Below are positions 23,534 to 36,748 of a stretch of DNA of 64,000 nt, in pieces. This DNA is from Glycera tridactyla (taxonomy: Eukaryota): contig OZ286468.1 of NCBI GenBank assembly GCA_965644265.1, positions 28,582,001-28,646,000 on the forward strand. Reading direction: 5' to 3'. The stretch's first letter is position 1. Each line of letters begins with the position of its first letter. The notes under the pieces are model-generated. The model saw only the letters and a program-made list of their open reading frames with translations, was not told the origin of the DNA and ran no database searches. Made by a program: the position numbers and the translations under genes.

Positions 23534-24949
23534 CTTAGCCAGTCCTTCGCTGCCATCCTATGTGACCTGCTTACCGACTATGGAGTGCAGTAGTGGCCTG
23601 TGTGAGGGAGGCAGGAGTGTAACTTGTGAGATATGACCATCTCGCTGTAGTTGGCATCGTGGCTTAGGGGGAATGCGGATATTGGAGAGAGAAGTTGAGT
23701 GACAGGTCTGTGAATAACTCATGAATCATTCTGACTGTAGGATCTAATGATGGGGATGCTCAGTGCTCACTCTGCCTCTTGGAGGTGTTGCCACGGCAAT
23801 AGCATCACAGAATCTGCAGTGATTGGCATTGAGTATACTGAATTTCAACCCTCATTCAATGGTATTTCCTTCACTGCATCATTTTTACCAAAACATTATC
23901 TTCATTTCATTTATTTTCTGTGAAGATTTTGTTGTATAGGCTATTATTGCCACATATTTGACAGTGATGATTATTTTCAGGTAAAGAACCTCTTTACAAA
24001 GACCACCTGTCTGGACAAAGACCAGATTTTGGTGTGGCCAATGATGGTCTTTGTATACAGGTTCAACAGTACTACAGTTCTTTCAATTTAGGGAGCCCTC
24101 AGGCAATATTGGAATCCAATGCAAACTCAGGTCATCGCTAAATGAACAGACTATCGGCTACAGTTTGTTATTTGGCGATGACCTCAGCTTGAAGGTCCAC
24201 ATCTCTCAGCTGGTTTACTTCACATCTCACACTGCTGTCAAACTGTCAAAAGGAGGCTGAATCAACATATTTCCCCGATATGAATTATTCGTCAATCCAC
24301 CTAATATTCAAATAGGATCCAGAACTTTCCTATTTCATCCAATATTTAATTGATGAATAATATTCTGAAATGTTGTTAATGCAGACAAATTCTAATTTTT
24401 ATGTAACAAAGGATGTTTGGAAACCATTTTTGTTAAAAGTTGTTTCATTTTTCCATGTTTATTTGATATTCTGGGCTACTTGATGAGTCCATAATGTGGA
24501 TGAACCTGGAAAACTTCAACCTACCTTGATGTGTACAGGTGGATGGACACTAATTCATGGCAGGTGTAGGTACAGCACTTATAAAATACTCCCTTCTGAT
24601 TGGATGAAATTTGGTCTGTTATATTTTCAGCACAGTCTTGACCCTGATGGCCCCAGAATTACCGGATTATCCACTGTGTAGATTACTGGGTTCTGTATCG
24701 AGGATTGTCAAATTCCGCCTTTTATTTGACAGAACACCCAATGAATATTTACAACTTTGAATTATCACAAGGTTTTGTCATCTTGGTGACTTATTTCGGT
24801 GTTTTACTGGAACTCTTTGACGTTCTCTGTGTGTGAAAATAGACTGGAGATCTGCTCGAACTTTGATACCACTGGATTTGCTCATAGAGCAGCAATGACA
24901 TACACCTTTCTTTGATTCTCTTGGATTTCAAAGTGGATTAGCATTTTAT

Positions 24950-25034
24950 ATGGGTTTGATGTTTCGCAGAAAGTCGGTCCACACAATGACACGCTCAGAG
25001 AAAATGCAATTCCTGAAAAGGAAGTTCAGTTTTG
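24950..25034 (+). CDS. Candidate exon of an unidentified long + strand gene (MGLMFRRKSVHTMTRSEKMQFLKRKFSF)
   Basis: ATG at 24950, 28 codons plus 1 nt, then a consensus donor G|GTGAGT at 25035. An alternative acceptor cgcag lies at 24968-24969. Confidence 0.45.
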
Positions 25035-25061
25035 GTGAGTATCATCTGTTATGAGGTAATT

Positions 25062-25650
25062 ATAATGGCAACGCCATTATATTTGGATTTATCTCACTTG
25101 GTTTTTGCAAAATGACGTGGTTTTTAGCGAACTTCACTTCATAGCGCGAAAACCGTCCATCGCACAAACTTTGACCTCCTATAGCTAAGAATCTCTGAGG
25201 TCAGACGCACGCGTCCATCTAAATTTCGTCTTGATCCGGGTCAAAGTTCAAGGTCGTTTGGACCCTCGAAAATCGGCGCCCATAGCATCACATGCAAACT
25301 TCGAGCATCCATATCTCATGGGTATGTCATCCGTTCTGAATGATATTTGGCACACAACTTCTTTCCTATAGTGGCTATAATTCTATCCAATGTGGTTGAC
25401 CTTGGAGCATTTTCAAGGTCGTGAGAATGAAAACAATTTTTTTTGGTCAAATTTTCGTACGGAAATTTCTCGTTTGAAATAGAATGCTCAACCATGTGTC
25501 ACATATCCACGTGTACGTATCGCAATTCTCCCGATACTACATTTCTTCGTTTTTTGAATTTCAGCCTCGTTTTCGATTTTTTGGGGAAAAACCATTTTTT
25601 ACATAGGGTTCCATGCATTCCCCACAGAAGTGACTACTGGTTCTAGAAAG
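25062..25650 (+). mobile_element. Probable DINE/HINE-like element
   Basis: Starts with the perfect hairpin ATAATGGCAACGCCATTAT, has a CpG-retaining body and ends near CTAG. Boundaries approximate. Confidence 0.45.
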
Positions 25651-26495
25651 ACAGAATTTGCACGAAAATGTGCGGAATAAAAAAAATAAGCTTCAGATGG
25701 GGACCATATTGCTGAAAAAAATTATTCCATAAATCGCCATTGAAAAACGTCGAAGTTGTCATCGATAATACAGCACATCTTTGAAGTCGGCGTTCCGACA
25801 TATTGATCTCTTGACGTAGGGTTCCCCACCACGTTACGGCCCGAATTTCGCGAATTTTTTCGCGAGTCGGACAAAAAGCGATGGAACGAACGTATTCTTC
25901 TATGATTTCCCTATAAAATCCATGTGAAAGCGGTGATCAGAGAAGTTTCACCTTCTCACAAATCCAATCGAATGTATATTTTCATAACGCCAAATTGTCG
26001 GCACTTACAGCAAGATGGCGGCCGGATGCGAGAATGAGGCTAGAAGTCGTGGTTCGCGTCCGGGTGAGGGGTACAAGAAACCGGCCGCCGCCATCATGAA
26101 TCTAATTATCGCTGAGCCGAGAGTTGCCGAACGTGTACGGAAATCGCCGAATCAATCGAGTAAAACCGCGCAGATAAAATACGTCTGATGCCTTCATTCG
26201 ACGTTTATTGAGCAATATATCTCCTGATCCACCATTAATATGATGCGAGAATACATAATATTTCGAAAATCTCGACCAAACTGTGAAGAAAACGCTAAAT
26301 GACGGTGATTTGCGAACTTTTACCGGACACGTCGGTTTCGGTAGTGTTTGGCCATAACAACTTGATGCGATGCCACGGGTGACTCGCACCGAGGGCTGAC
26401 TCGCACTGGGGCGGACGGCAGTGCGAGATTCCGAAAGGAGGGCTACTCGCCCCCACTCGAAGAGCGGCGCTGTGTGCGTGATTGCATCTTCAGGT
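25650..26495. promoter_or_regulatory. CpG island with YY1-type motifs (promoter or young transposon, unresolved)
   Basis: High CpG density; CAAGATGGCGGC at about 26011 and GCCGCCATC at about 26087. Confidence 0.35.
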
Positions 26496-26510
26496 GACAG
26501 GTGGTGATGA

Positions 26511-28210
26511 GCCAGTGTTGTTGGTGGTGACAGTGGTCCAAAGGGGTGGTGGTGGTCGATGATTGTGGTGGGGTCCATCATGGTCCATGGTGGTGATCCA
26601 TGGTGGTGGTGGTGGTGGTGGTGGTGGTGGTGGTGGTGGTGGTGGTCCATGGTGGTGGTCCATGGTGGTGGCGATGGTTGTCCATGGTGGTTGTGGTGGT
26701 GGTCCATAGTGGTTGTGGTGGTGGTCCATAGTGGTTGTGGTGGTCCATGGTGGTGGAGACAGTCCATTGTGGTGGAGACGGTCCATGGTGGTGGTGGTGT
26801 GGTCCATGGTGGTGCTGGTGGTGGTCCATGGTGGTGGTGGTGCTGGTGGTCCCTGGTGGTTTTGGTGGTTGTTGTGGTGGTCCATGGTGGTGGAGTCCAT
26901 GATGGTGATGGTGGTGGTCCATGGTGTTGGTGGTGGTGGTGGTGGTCCATGATGGTGATGGTGGTGGTCCATGGTGGTGGTGTTGGTCCATGTTGGTGTA
27001 GGTTGTTCATGGTGGTTGTGGTGGTGGTTGTCCATGGTGGTGGTTGTCCATTGTGGTGGTGGTTCATGGTGGTGGTGGTTCATGGTGGTGGTGGTCCATG
27101 GTGGTTGAGACGGTCCTTGGTGGTGGTGGTGGGGTCCATGGTGGTGCTGGTGCTGGTCCATGGTGTGGTGCTGGTCCATGGTGGTGGTCCATGGTGGTTG
27201 TCCATGGTGGTGGTGGTGGATCGTGGTGGCGGTGGTGGTGGTCCATGGTGGTGGAGACAGTCCATGATGGTGGTGGTGGTGGTTCATGATGGTGGTGGTG
27301 GTGGTCCATGGTGTTTGTGGTGGTGGTCCATGTTGGTGATAGTGGTCCATGGTGGTGGTGTTGGTCCATGGTGGTGGTGGTGGTTCATGGTTGTGGTGGT
27401 GGTTATTGTCCATGGTGGTGGTGGTACATGATGCATGGTGGTGGTTCATGGTGGTGGTGGTGTTCCATGGTGGTGGTTCGTGGTGGTGGTGGTGGTCCAT
27501 GGTGGTGGAGACAGTCCATGACGGTGGTGGTGGTGGTGGTTCATGATGGTGGTGGTGGTGGTGGTCCATGGTGTTGGTGGTGGTCCATGGTGGTGGTGGT
27601 GATTGTCCATGGTGGTGGTGGTACATGATACATGGTGGTGGTTCATGATGGTGGTGGTGTTCCATGGTGGTGGTGGTGTTGGTGGTCCATGGTGGTTGTC
27701 CATGGTGGTGGTGGTTTTCCATGGTGGTTGTACACGGTGGTGGTGGTTGTTGTCCATGGTGGCCGTGGTGGTTGTCCATGGTGGTGATAGTGGTCCATGG
27801 TGGTGGTGGTATAGATTCATAGTGGTCCATGGTGGTGGTGGTGGTCCATTGAGGTCATGGTCTATGGTGGTGGTGACCCATGGTGGTTGTCCGTGGTGGT
27901 TGTGGTGATCCATGGTGGTGGTGGTGGTACATGGTGGTGGTCCTTCATTGTGGGCCATGGTGGTGGTGGTGGTCCATTGTGGTGGCAGCGATCTATGGTA
28001 GACTAGTGGTGATCGTGCATGGTGATGGTGGTGGTCCATGGTGGTTGCGGTGGTGGTAGTGGTACATGGGGGTGGCGGTGATCCATGGTGGTGATGGTGG
28101 TTTATGGTGGTGGTGTGGTGATCCATGGTGTTGATCCGTGGTGGTGGTGGTCCATAGCCATCCTGGTGATGATCCATGGTCGTGGTTGTATTCTATGGTG
28201 GTGGTGGTTT
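26511..28210. repeat. 1.7-kb (GGT)n / CCATGG compound low-complexity array
   Basis: Directly visible in the sequence. Confidence 0.95.
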
Positions 28211-28306
28211 CATCCCCTCATACAACTAGCGTTGCCATTATTATGTCTCGCCCATGAGACAGCCTTGTTTTCTCATGGTTTTCTGTTTTTGTTTTATTTT
28301 TTTCAG

Positions 28307-28320
28307 ATTGGTTCACTCTG
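28307..28320 (+). CDS. Candidate 14-nt microexon
   Basis: Very strong polypyrimidine tract plus CAG (28270-28306), then ATTGGTTCACTCTG and a moderate donor G|GTTAGG. Confidence 0.25.
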
Positions 28321-28389
28321 GTTAGGAATTATTATGAGCAAATGCTGTTTTCGCTGTATACATGTTTATCATAGTCATATATACAATTG

Positions 28390-28414
28390 CATGCATGCAC
28401 ATGCACATGCACAT

Positions 28415-28483
<69 letters not shown>

Positions 28484-28510
28484 TTCGTGCTCTCACATAC
28501 ACATTTTCAA

Positions 28511-28578
<68 letters not shown>
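28390..28578. repeat. Two (CA)n microsatellites
   Basis: Directly visible. Confidence 0.95.
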
Positions 28579-28581
<3 letters not shown>

Positions 28582-28733
28582 TCCTTCATTCCATGACTGT
28601 GTTCTTGAAGTATTTTGAGAGGCTTGCACTGTTTCTACACCAGATGTGTTTGTTGATACTAACTATAACTGTGAATGAGCTGGGTTAGGTTTACAAGCCA
28701 GATGGGTTTACTTGTAAGCTGAGTGAACCTCAC

Positions 28734-28829
28734 AAAGTTGAGAAATGTTACTAAGTGTGAATACCTGTACAAACACTCAGGAAAGTTGAGAAATGTTACA
28801 AAGTGTGAATACCTGTACAAACACTCGGG
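28734..28829. repeat. 48-bp tandem duplication
   Basis: AAAGTTGAGAAATGTTAC.AAGTGTGAATACCTGTACAAACACTC occurs twice. Confidence 0.9.
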
Positions 28830-30415
28830 AGCTCAGTGTTCACTCCAAACTCCACCTGCTCATCTACACCAGGTAAATACTGCCACTGTGTGTTAGCAAG
28901 GCACATGTAACAATTTTCTGGTGAGTTTCATCAGTTTCGCAAGATGTCAACAATGTGCTCAGAAGAAGATTTTTTTTTAGCATCTTAGCAAGGCTGAGCA
29001 GCAATTGGAATCATGTGGTGGCGTATCTTCCGAATGAATTTATCATGTTTGCACGTATTTTCTACAGAAAATTCGACTTGTATATGAGTGTTTCCTTAAT
29101 TTAGGTGACATTCATGTACTGACATTTTGTATTTTCTAGGGGGTGGGTGAAATTGAATTTTACTCGCCCGTCGGGCATGTGAGTTTTTCTGATGTCTTCG
29201 CGCCCTGATCACAGTTGAACCTTCGGTTGCATCAAAAAGTGGCCTTTATAGGGGGTTGGTCTTTAGAGGTGATCTTTATAAAAAAAAAAGGTGTTCTTTA
29301 GAGGAGGTTTAACTGTACTTGGGAACCTTGTGACGGGTCAATAACGGAAATGGGATACTGAGGCATAATTTGGTTGTTTTTGTCAACATGAAATATAAGG
29401 ATATTCGTGCCCTGTGCTTATAGGTTAAGGCAAAAGAATTGTTTGTTTGTCTGTCTGTTTGGGTTTAACCGTCTTGGGTTGCATTAGACTGAAAAACTGA
29501 AAATGCTGAAGAAAAAAATCACTTGCTTTGAGGACAATCCGTACTCTTTACAAAAGACAGCAGTAGTTCTTTTACCTGCATGCAGAAACACTCCCATATA
29601 CATCGCCAGCCTTTGATATCCCAGTCGGCATGTACTGGGTTAAAAAATCTGTCCATCATGCAGATAGATTTCTCCAATGTATTTGTGACCTGCCCATCCA
29701 AGGAATCTCCAGAAATTAGAAGCACCATTGGAATTTAACAACTTCGTATTAGAAAGTGAGCATGGGGCCATCATGTTTCGTATATATATATCCTCATTGA
29801 ATTTATCCCTAGAGAAAAAAAAACCATTGACTGACATGTTTACAGTACAGACTCTTTTGGCTGAATGATACAAATTTTTGGCCAGCTATAACCATGGTAA
29901 TCCATGGCTAATTAATGTTCCTGTGTGGCAACTGACTTGGGGTTGTTATGGCAACACATTTGGCTAGATGTAAACACTCATCAACTTGTGGCAGTTGAGT
30001 GGCCATCTAGTGGTCATTTGTGACACTAGTGACCACTCTCCAAGCGGTGAATTTCTTGCACTTGCATACAAATGCCACTCATCAGGAAATCACGAGATGG
30101 GGTTCGGGAGCGTGATTAACCATTTAACTGCAGGGTGGCCTGTCTAAGACAGACCCAGCTTTACAGTTGAACCTGCTACGGAGGACACCTCCATGAACAG
30201 TGGCGTCAAATTTCTGAAAAAATTTTGGGGAAAATTTTCAATTCAGAAATTGATGAAATCCAGCTAGCTGTTTCAGGACTGTGTGTCTCTCCAACCAATA
30301 GGCACCTCACTGAGCGGCCTAAATTTCATCATGGTCTGCTCAATTAGGTTTATGACCTACAATTTCTGCTGAAAAATGACACCCACCTTTCCTTGTTACT
30401 TTGTGGTGTTTTCAG

Positions 30416-30445
30416 TCAGACCTCGGTTGCATGAAAACATTGAAG
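30416..30445 (+). CDS. Candidate 30-nt frame-preserving exon (VRPRLHENIE in phase 1)
   Basis: ttttcag acceptor and AAG|GTACAT donor; length is a multiple of 3 and the phase fits the 24950 exon. Confidence 0.35.
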
Positions 30446-31184
30446 GTACATGTATATGAAAAATAGGATGCAGTGCAGAGTTGGATTTGAAGCATATTTT
30501 CCACAAAATTAGCCCATCTCCATCATATATTCATTGCATTTATCATTTTCCACCCAGCCATAATGCAGGTAAATTTCACATTCATCTGCCCATCCCAGAA
30601 ATCTACCTGCCCCAGGTAGTTGCTATCACTTCTCATTTTGTAATGTTTCTGAAACATTTTTATCATGTAATTCTACCGTTAGGCCTGTTCGATTCCATGG
30701 CATTTTGTTTTATGGCAAGACAGAGGCCAGGGTGGTTAACACATTCTTTCACATCAGCATGTCATTCGCGAATTGCATGACCAGTCGCGCTTCATTAATC
30801 ATGAATCGATTTTCATGCTCTGCCTGCTTGATTAATCATGAAATCGCTGGAGCGTGAACAAGTAGGAACCCGTTAATTATTCACGAACATTCATTCACAT
30901 GTTGCCGAGTCTAAGCAGCACATGTAGCCATTGTAAATAATCTACACGCTATTGTCTCGTCTGCTGCGAATTGTTGCCGTTATCGCAGTAGATACCAAGT
31001 CGAAATGTATACTGAACACCCTTTTCCAGTCTTCACAAAAAACTTTAACAGTCACTACAGTAATGAATATAGAACAAGTTTGAATGGAATAAGTATAAAC
31101 TGCTTGAAGATTTGAAGCAATTTTCAAGTTGGCTCTGGTGAAAAATGGCACCTCTTCAAGTGAGAGATGGTGGTGATTAGGTTT

Positions 31185-31352
31185 TCTCCTGAGAGTTTCC
31201 CCATCATCTTGTGTTCAAGGTTTGTGAGAGTGACGTCTGCAGGGGAGAGAACATCTAGCTTTCATTGACTAGGAACTTACAGCATAAATAATCATATGGG
31301 TTGATACATGCTGTTAAACCTCAAACAAATAAACAAACAAACAAAAACAAAA
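31185..31352 (+). repeat. SINE-like dispersed repeat 3' part with (AAAC)n tail
   Basis: CCATCATCTTGTGTTCAAGGTTT..GAGTGA..TCTG core also at about 16845-16925, 62500-62615 and 62616-62700. Confidence 0.6.
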
Positions 31353-33167
31353 CCTGAGAAAAGTAGGTTAATTCGTAAGGGTAGCCAATTGAAATTTAGG
31401 TCTTTGTCAAGATGATTTCTTCGAGTGGAAGCTTATGGCAAATGGATTTTTTGGACGAAGATGGCTTCTTTTCTAAATGGAAGCTAGTGGTTGGTTTGTT
31501 GCTTGTTTTACATCCCATCAACACCACCTAGGCTATATTTAGACACCCATGCAATGGGCATGGGCAGGATCATTCAAGACCCCTCTTCCTGGTTCACCCT
31601 CGAAAATGTGGAAATTTATGGAATTCTCAGACACTTGAGGTGCCATTTATGGTATCAGGGATGATTACCTCAGTGTTACCCTCTGAACATGGGATTGAAA
31701 ATGGCGTTTCCCAAAATAGAATTGGATGCATCTTGAAGTGGGCAGTAGTGGAACATAATTCAGGTTGAATGTAGAGTGAATATGATCTGAATGCATTCAA
31801 AATCCATATCATGTTTTTTTTTTCAATATGACGACAATGACATTTAAAACGTAGGAGATGGGGAAATATGTTTTCAATTCAGAAATGTCATTTACAAGAT
31901 GGTGGGTGTCATGATTATCCTTGTGTGGATGAGGTATCCCAAGAATTCTGTCTCTTGAAATGTTAAATTAATCAATTTCATGTCTCCTTTTCTCAGCTGT
32001 GCAACCCTGAGCCTGAATTATTTGCCTTCCTGAGGGTGGCTGCCAAAAACCACTCAAACTTTTAATGCTCAATTATAACTTCAACTCATTTCTTTGACTC
32101 GTGCAAATTTATTATGCCTCTTGGTTCAACTAGAAGAAAAGTATCAGCCACTAAAATTGAGTGTAGGAGACAGATTAAAATTTGTGAGACAAGAAGGAAA
32201 AAAGAAAATAAAACCACTTCAGCAACCACAACAATTTCACCAAGACTATGCTTGTTTATGATAAACCATCTAGCTGGAGATAAGCATATTCTATTGACCA
32301 CCTATTGTGAGAGACCACTTTCTGATGACATTAAGGGTGGTTTCCAATCGCAGGTTTCACTGTCAGTGACAAACCAATTGCAACTCAGTGTCATGACAAC
32401 TAAGTGTTGAATCCATAGCAACTAAGTGCTATGGCATCTCCATTTCTTATATTTGCACTAACTTGGAGAAAATGATCCCCATGTTTATCAGCTATGATTC
32501 AGAACGAGGCTGGAGGCTGGCATCTTGGTTGCTTAGCGACTAGCTAGCGGTTAGGTTAGTTATCGTACTTCCTGGAGTTTTCCCCACTCCTCAGATGAGT
32601 CACAGGTGATGATTGCGAGTTGTGGATGGATTTATTATTCAAACAAAAACATCGCAAAAACAATTCACGAAGCACATTAACAGTATAAGTTAGCAATGCT
32701 GCATCCATGCTCACATTCCCCCCCCCCCCCCCCCCCCTCCATCATTTCCAAAGATTGATGTAGCCTGACTTGAATTGAAGTAGAGTTGAACATGTCCACA
32801 AAGACTACGCTCAATCACTGAATTCACCTAATAACGGGAACGAGAACAGATAAAATCAAAAGATCAGTCTTCACGAAAAACTTTTTCAACCAACAGTGCG
32901 TTTGGTCATTTCACTATCCCAAAAGCAAATTCACTGTTCCCAGGATTTGGGTGAGTGGCTAAATTCGAAGACTGAAAGATAGAGTCTTTTAGTGGGAATT
33001 GTCTTCTTTTATGGACAAGTGAGTGAGCACTATACATCAGCTGAACTGTCATGGGTCAAAGCTTCCACCATTGAACTGAACAAAATGAGGCATGAAACCT
33101 TGTTCCTCAAGAATACATGAGAAGCTGTACCAGATTCTGGATGATTTGTTATACTAACAGTCATGCC

Positions 33168-33380
33168 CTCTCTCCTCTTCCCTCTCTCTCTCTCTCTGTC
33201 CCTCCCTCTGCTTTCTCTTTCCTCTGCTTTCTCTTTCCTCTCCTGTCTTTCCCCCTTTTTACTCTCTCTCCCTCCCTCCCTCCCTCCCTCCCTGTCTGTC
33301 TCTCTGTCTCTGTCTCTGTCTGTCTGTCTCTCTCTCTGTCTCTCCCCCCCCCCTCTCTCTCTCATCTCTCTGTCTGTCAT
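33168..33380. repeat. (CT)n/(CTGT)n pyrimidine tract next to a gap
   Basis: Directly visible. Confidence 0.95.
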
Positions 33381-33947
33381 NNNNNNNNNNNNNNNNNNNN
33401 NNNNNNNNNNNNNNNNNNNNNNNNNNNNNNNNNNNNNNNNNNNNNNNNNNNNNNNNNNNNNNNNNNNNNNNNNNNNNNNNNNNNNNNNNNNNNNNNNNNN
33501 NNNNNNNNNNNNNNNNNNNNNNNNNNNNTTGCATGTTCATGCATACAAGAACGCTATGTGGAATGTCCCTGGATAACTCCATCCTGATCGGCCCAATATA
33601 TTCCACCAAGAGACATGGACTCTATCATAGCTTTCCCCTATTGTTTAAACTGATTCACTACTCGGTCTCTCTGGCCACCGAGCCATGACTCACAGGGATG
33701 TACACAAATGCTGAGTTTTGCGATGATGCCAAATTGTCTCTGCGCCGCATCATCTTGCTCACAAACACTTGAATCACATTCCATATACTTGACTTTTATC
33801 GTCACTGCCAGCATTCAGTGGAGTTCGTTTGGTGAGGTCCTCTCAGGGAAGAGACAGTCCATCAGTGCCATTATTTGGTGGAGTCCATTCTGACAGGTCC
33901 TCTCAGGGAAGAGACAGTCTGTCATATTTCAGACCGGGATTAGGAGT

Positions 33948-33993
33948 ATGATATGGTGCTTGTATTGCCTTCACCCCTACCGGTACCGAACAA
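33948..33993 (+). CDS. Candidate alternative first coding exon (MIWCLYCLHPYRYRT)
   Basis: ATG at 33948 and donor CAA|GTGAGT at 33994, ending in phase 1 like the 24950 exon; CpG-retaining neighbourhood. Confidence 0.25.
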
Positions 33994-35396
33994 GTGAGTA
34001 TGCAAAGTCTGTCAAGTTCAATTGTGGTGTACGTTTTTCGCCATAGCACCACAAATTCGCATCGGATTGAATTGAGACTCACAGACAAGTATTGTTGACA
34101 TCTTCGGCAAGTTGAAATGTGATAACTGCAAATTCCCCCTCATATATTTCACCTTAGAACGCCAAGTATGTTGATTTCATGCCGGTTTCATGGCGAGTGC
34201 GGCAGCATATCCCCACTGTTTCACATACAAATATTCACCAATGCAGGCTACCTGAAACCAGGTTGAATAATCGCCGGAAGACCTGTACAATATATTCGTG
34301 CCATTGAAACTCAGATCAGACAGAAAATGGTGAATTCAGCCCATGAAACAGAAGTTGTCACATTTGGATTTGACAGAGTTTAACAGGGATGTGACTTGTT
34401 CTCAGATCCATGGATAATCATGTTTCAGGGCAAATGTAAGCACCCATACTCTGATCGAAAAAGGTATTGGATGCCAAATATTTTGCTTTTTAAATCTTGA
34501 AAATCGGACTGTAATTAGTGGAGATAGATCGTCCTTGATCACATAATCATTATATCTTGACTATAGTCTGTTCGTTGTTAGCATCCTTTCAATAGTGATT
34601 GAGGCAGGAGTTTTCTCTGAGCAAACGATGAACTATAGCTCAAGGCCATACCTTCAGAAGAGTAGGTTGCATCATCATCCCGTGAGTTGGTTGTGAGAAA
34701 TCGAGGACCAGGTACCACCTGGTTTTGAGGTCGAGTCCATGTATCTGTGTACTGGTGTATGTAGATTATTTTCTGATAGATACCACTGATGAAAGGAGGG
34801 TTGCATAACAGTCTTTACCACTCTAATGTGGGAATATTTATACTTTTTGTTGTTGGTGTGATTTTCATTCACATGTGCACTGGTTTGTTTTAATTCATGT
34901 CAGTAGCATGATACACAAGCGAATGGTACATGGATTGTGTCAAACACAATTATTGAAATATGGACACAGATGTACATCTGGGGACACACNNNNNNNNNNN
35001 NNNNNNNNNNNNNNNNNNNNNNNNNNNNNNNNNNNNNNNNNNNNNNNNNNNNNNNNNNNNNNNNNNNNNNNNNNNNNNNNNNNNNNNNNNNNNNNNNNNN
35101 NNNNNNNNNNNNNNNNNNNNNNNNNNNNNNNNNNNNNNNNNNNNNNNNNNNNNNNNNNNNNNNNNNNNNNNNNNNTTGCGGTAATGAAGACCTCTAGTTG
35201 ACGTTGATGCTTGACGGCTGGCGTCATAAGTGACGCAGCAAGATGGAGGAGAACACTTAAACCAGTGGTCTCTGCTCAGACCTATCCTTGACATCTGTCG
35301 TATAGAATCTCAGCATGGGTTACAATCACTGTTAGGAATCTTTTTTAGAGTCCAAATTAATTTTTAGTTGAGGTTGAGGTTCGGAGAATGATTATA

Positions 35397-35555
35397 CAGT
35401 CAAACCTCTATAAAGACTGCCTTCGGTCGCATCAAAAAGTGGTCTTTAAAGGGAGGTGGTCTTTATAGAGAGGTCATTTACTGTTGAATATACTACCACG
35501 ATCGCAGCCCAGGGTGGTCTTTATAGAGAGGTGGTCTTTAGAGGAGGTTCAACTG
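35397..35555 (-). mobile_element. MITE family A
   Basis: TIRs and TA flanks. Confidence 0.9.
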
Positions 35556-35885
35556 TATTTGTGATCAGGGTGATCAAGATACAGAGCCTGCCTGCCTATC
35601 TGCCTGCCTAAACTGCCTGCCTAAACTGCCAACAGACATGCTACCATCCAACCACCCAACCATNNNNNNNNNNNNNNNNNNNNNNNNNNNNNNNNNNNNN
35701 NNNNNNNNNNNNNNNNNNNNNNNNNNNNNNNNNNNNNNNNNNNNNNNNNNNNNNNNNNNNNNNNNNNNNNNNNNNNNNNNNNNNNNNNNNNNNNNNNNNN
35801 NNNNNNNNNNNNNNNNNNNNNNNNNNNNNNNNNNNNNNNNNNNNNNNNNNNNNNNNNNNNNNNATACATTGTGATCAGGGTCATA

Positions 35886-36061
35886 CAGTGGGACCTGTGA
35901 TGAGAGACCACCCTATATGTCACCAAAAAGCGGTCTCTCAAAAGAGATGGCCTCTCGTTGAAGATATATTTGACTATGTCAAATAGAAAAGCTATCCTGC
36001 AAAAGCAGTCCCTGTTGGAGATGGTCTTTTGTTGGGGGTTTCTCAGCACAGATTTCACTCT
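35886..36061 (-). mobile_element. MITE family B, degenerate
   Basis: Reverse complement of the family B consensus. Confidence 0.8.
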
Positions 36062-36748
36062 ATAGTGAAATGGAGTATCACCAGTATCTCAGTGAAACAT
36101 GACCCCGGCCCCAGTGGAGACTGCTTGGTGTTGAAGCCATCAGCAGGCAGGCGGGTGTTATATGCTTCTGTTTGATGATTTATCATGCATACATATCACA
36201 CATATCAGCGCCTGCATCACACATGCTGAGTAGAGAGAGAGAGAGAGGGAAAGGAAGACTATCTCTGGGTGTTGTAGTCCCTTGTGTTTGTGGTACAATC
36301 TCTCCGTACCATCTTCACACCTCCCATACCTTCCAGCCGTCCTACACAGTTTACCTACACGTGATCAGCTCAGCCAAACTTGGGATGTTTTCAAGCTGGT
36401 TTCACACGCTCACTCGTCTTTGTCATCATGCCCACGGGATAAGCTTATCATAAGCTCTTTGGTTACGTTACCTTTCGTGAACAGTGGATGATCTTATTGA
36501 GTATATTTGGCAGCTGAACACGGCTTCTATGTACAGGTAGTTGATGAATTGTTTACATGCATAAGCCTCATCCATCTGTTTGTAAATCATCCACATACAA
36601 TATCCAGGAGCAGTCCACATAGCTCAGGGTACAGCATGGCTTACTTCTTCAAAGGCTAGGCAGTTGATGCCATGCTGGAGATCCCAGGTTCAAATCTGCA
36701 AGATACCGGATGATTTCCGAAATTGCAATTTTACATTTCAATTGGGTA

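Noticed and set aside
26102-28177. Long His/Pro/Thr-rich and Trp/Val/Gly-rich ORFs (up to 446 aa) as genes
   Set aside because: They follow from a triplet-phased simple repeat, appear in several frames on both strands, and contain no domain.
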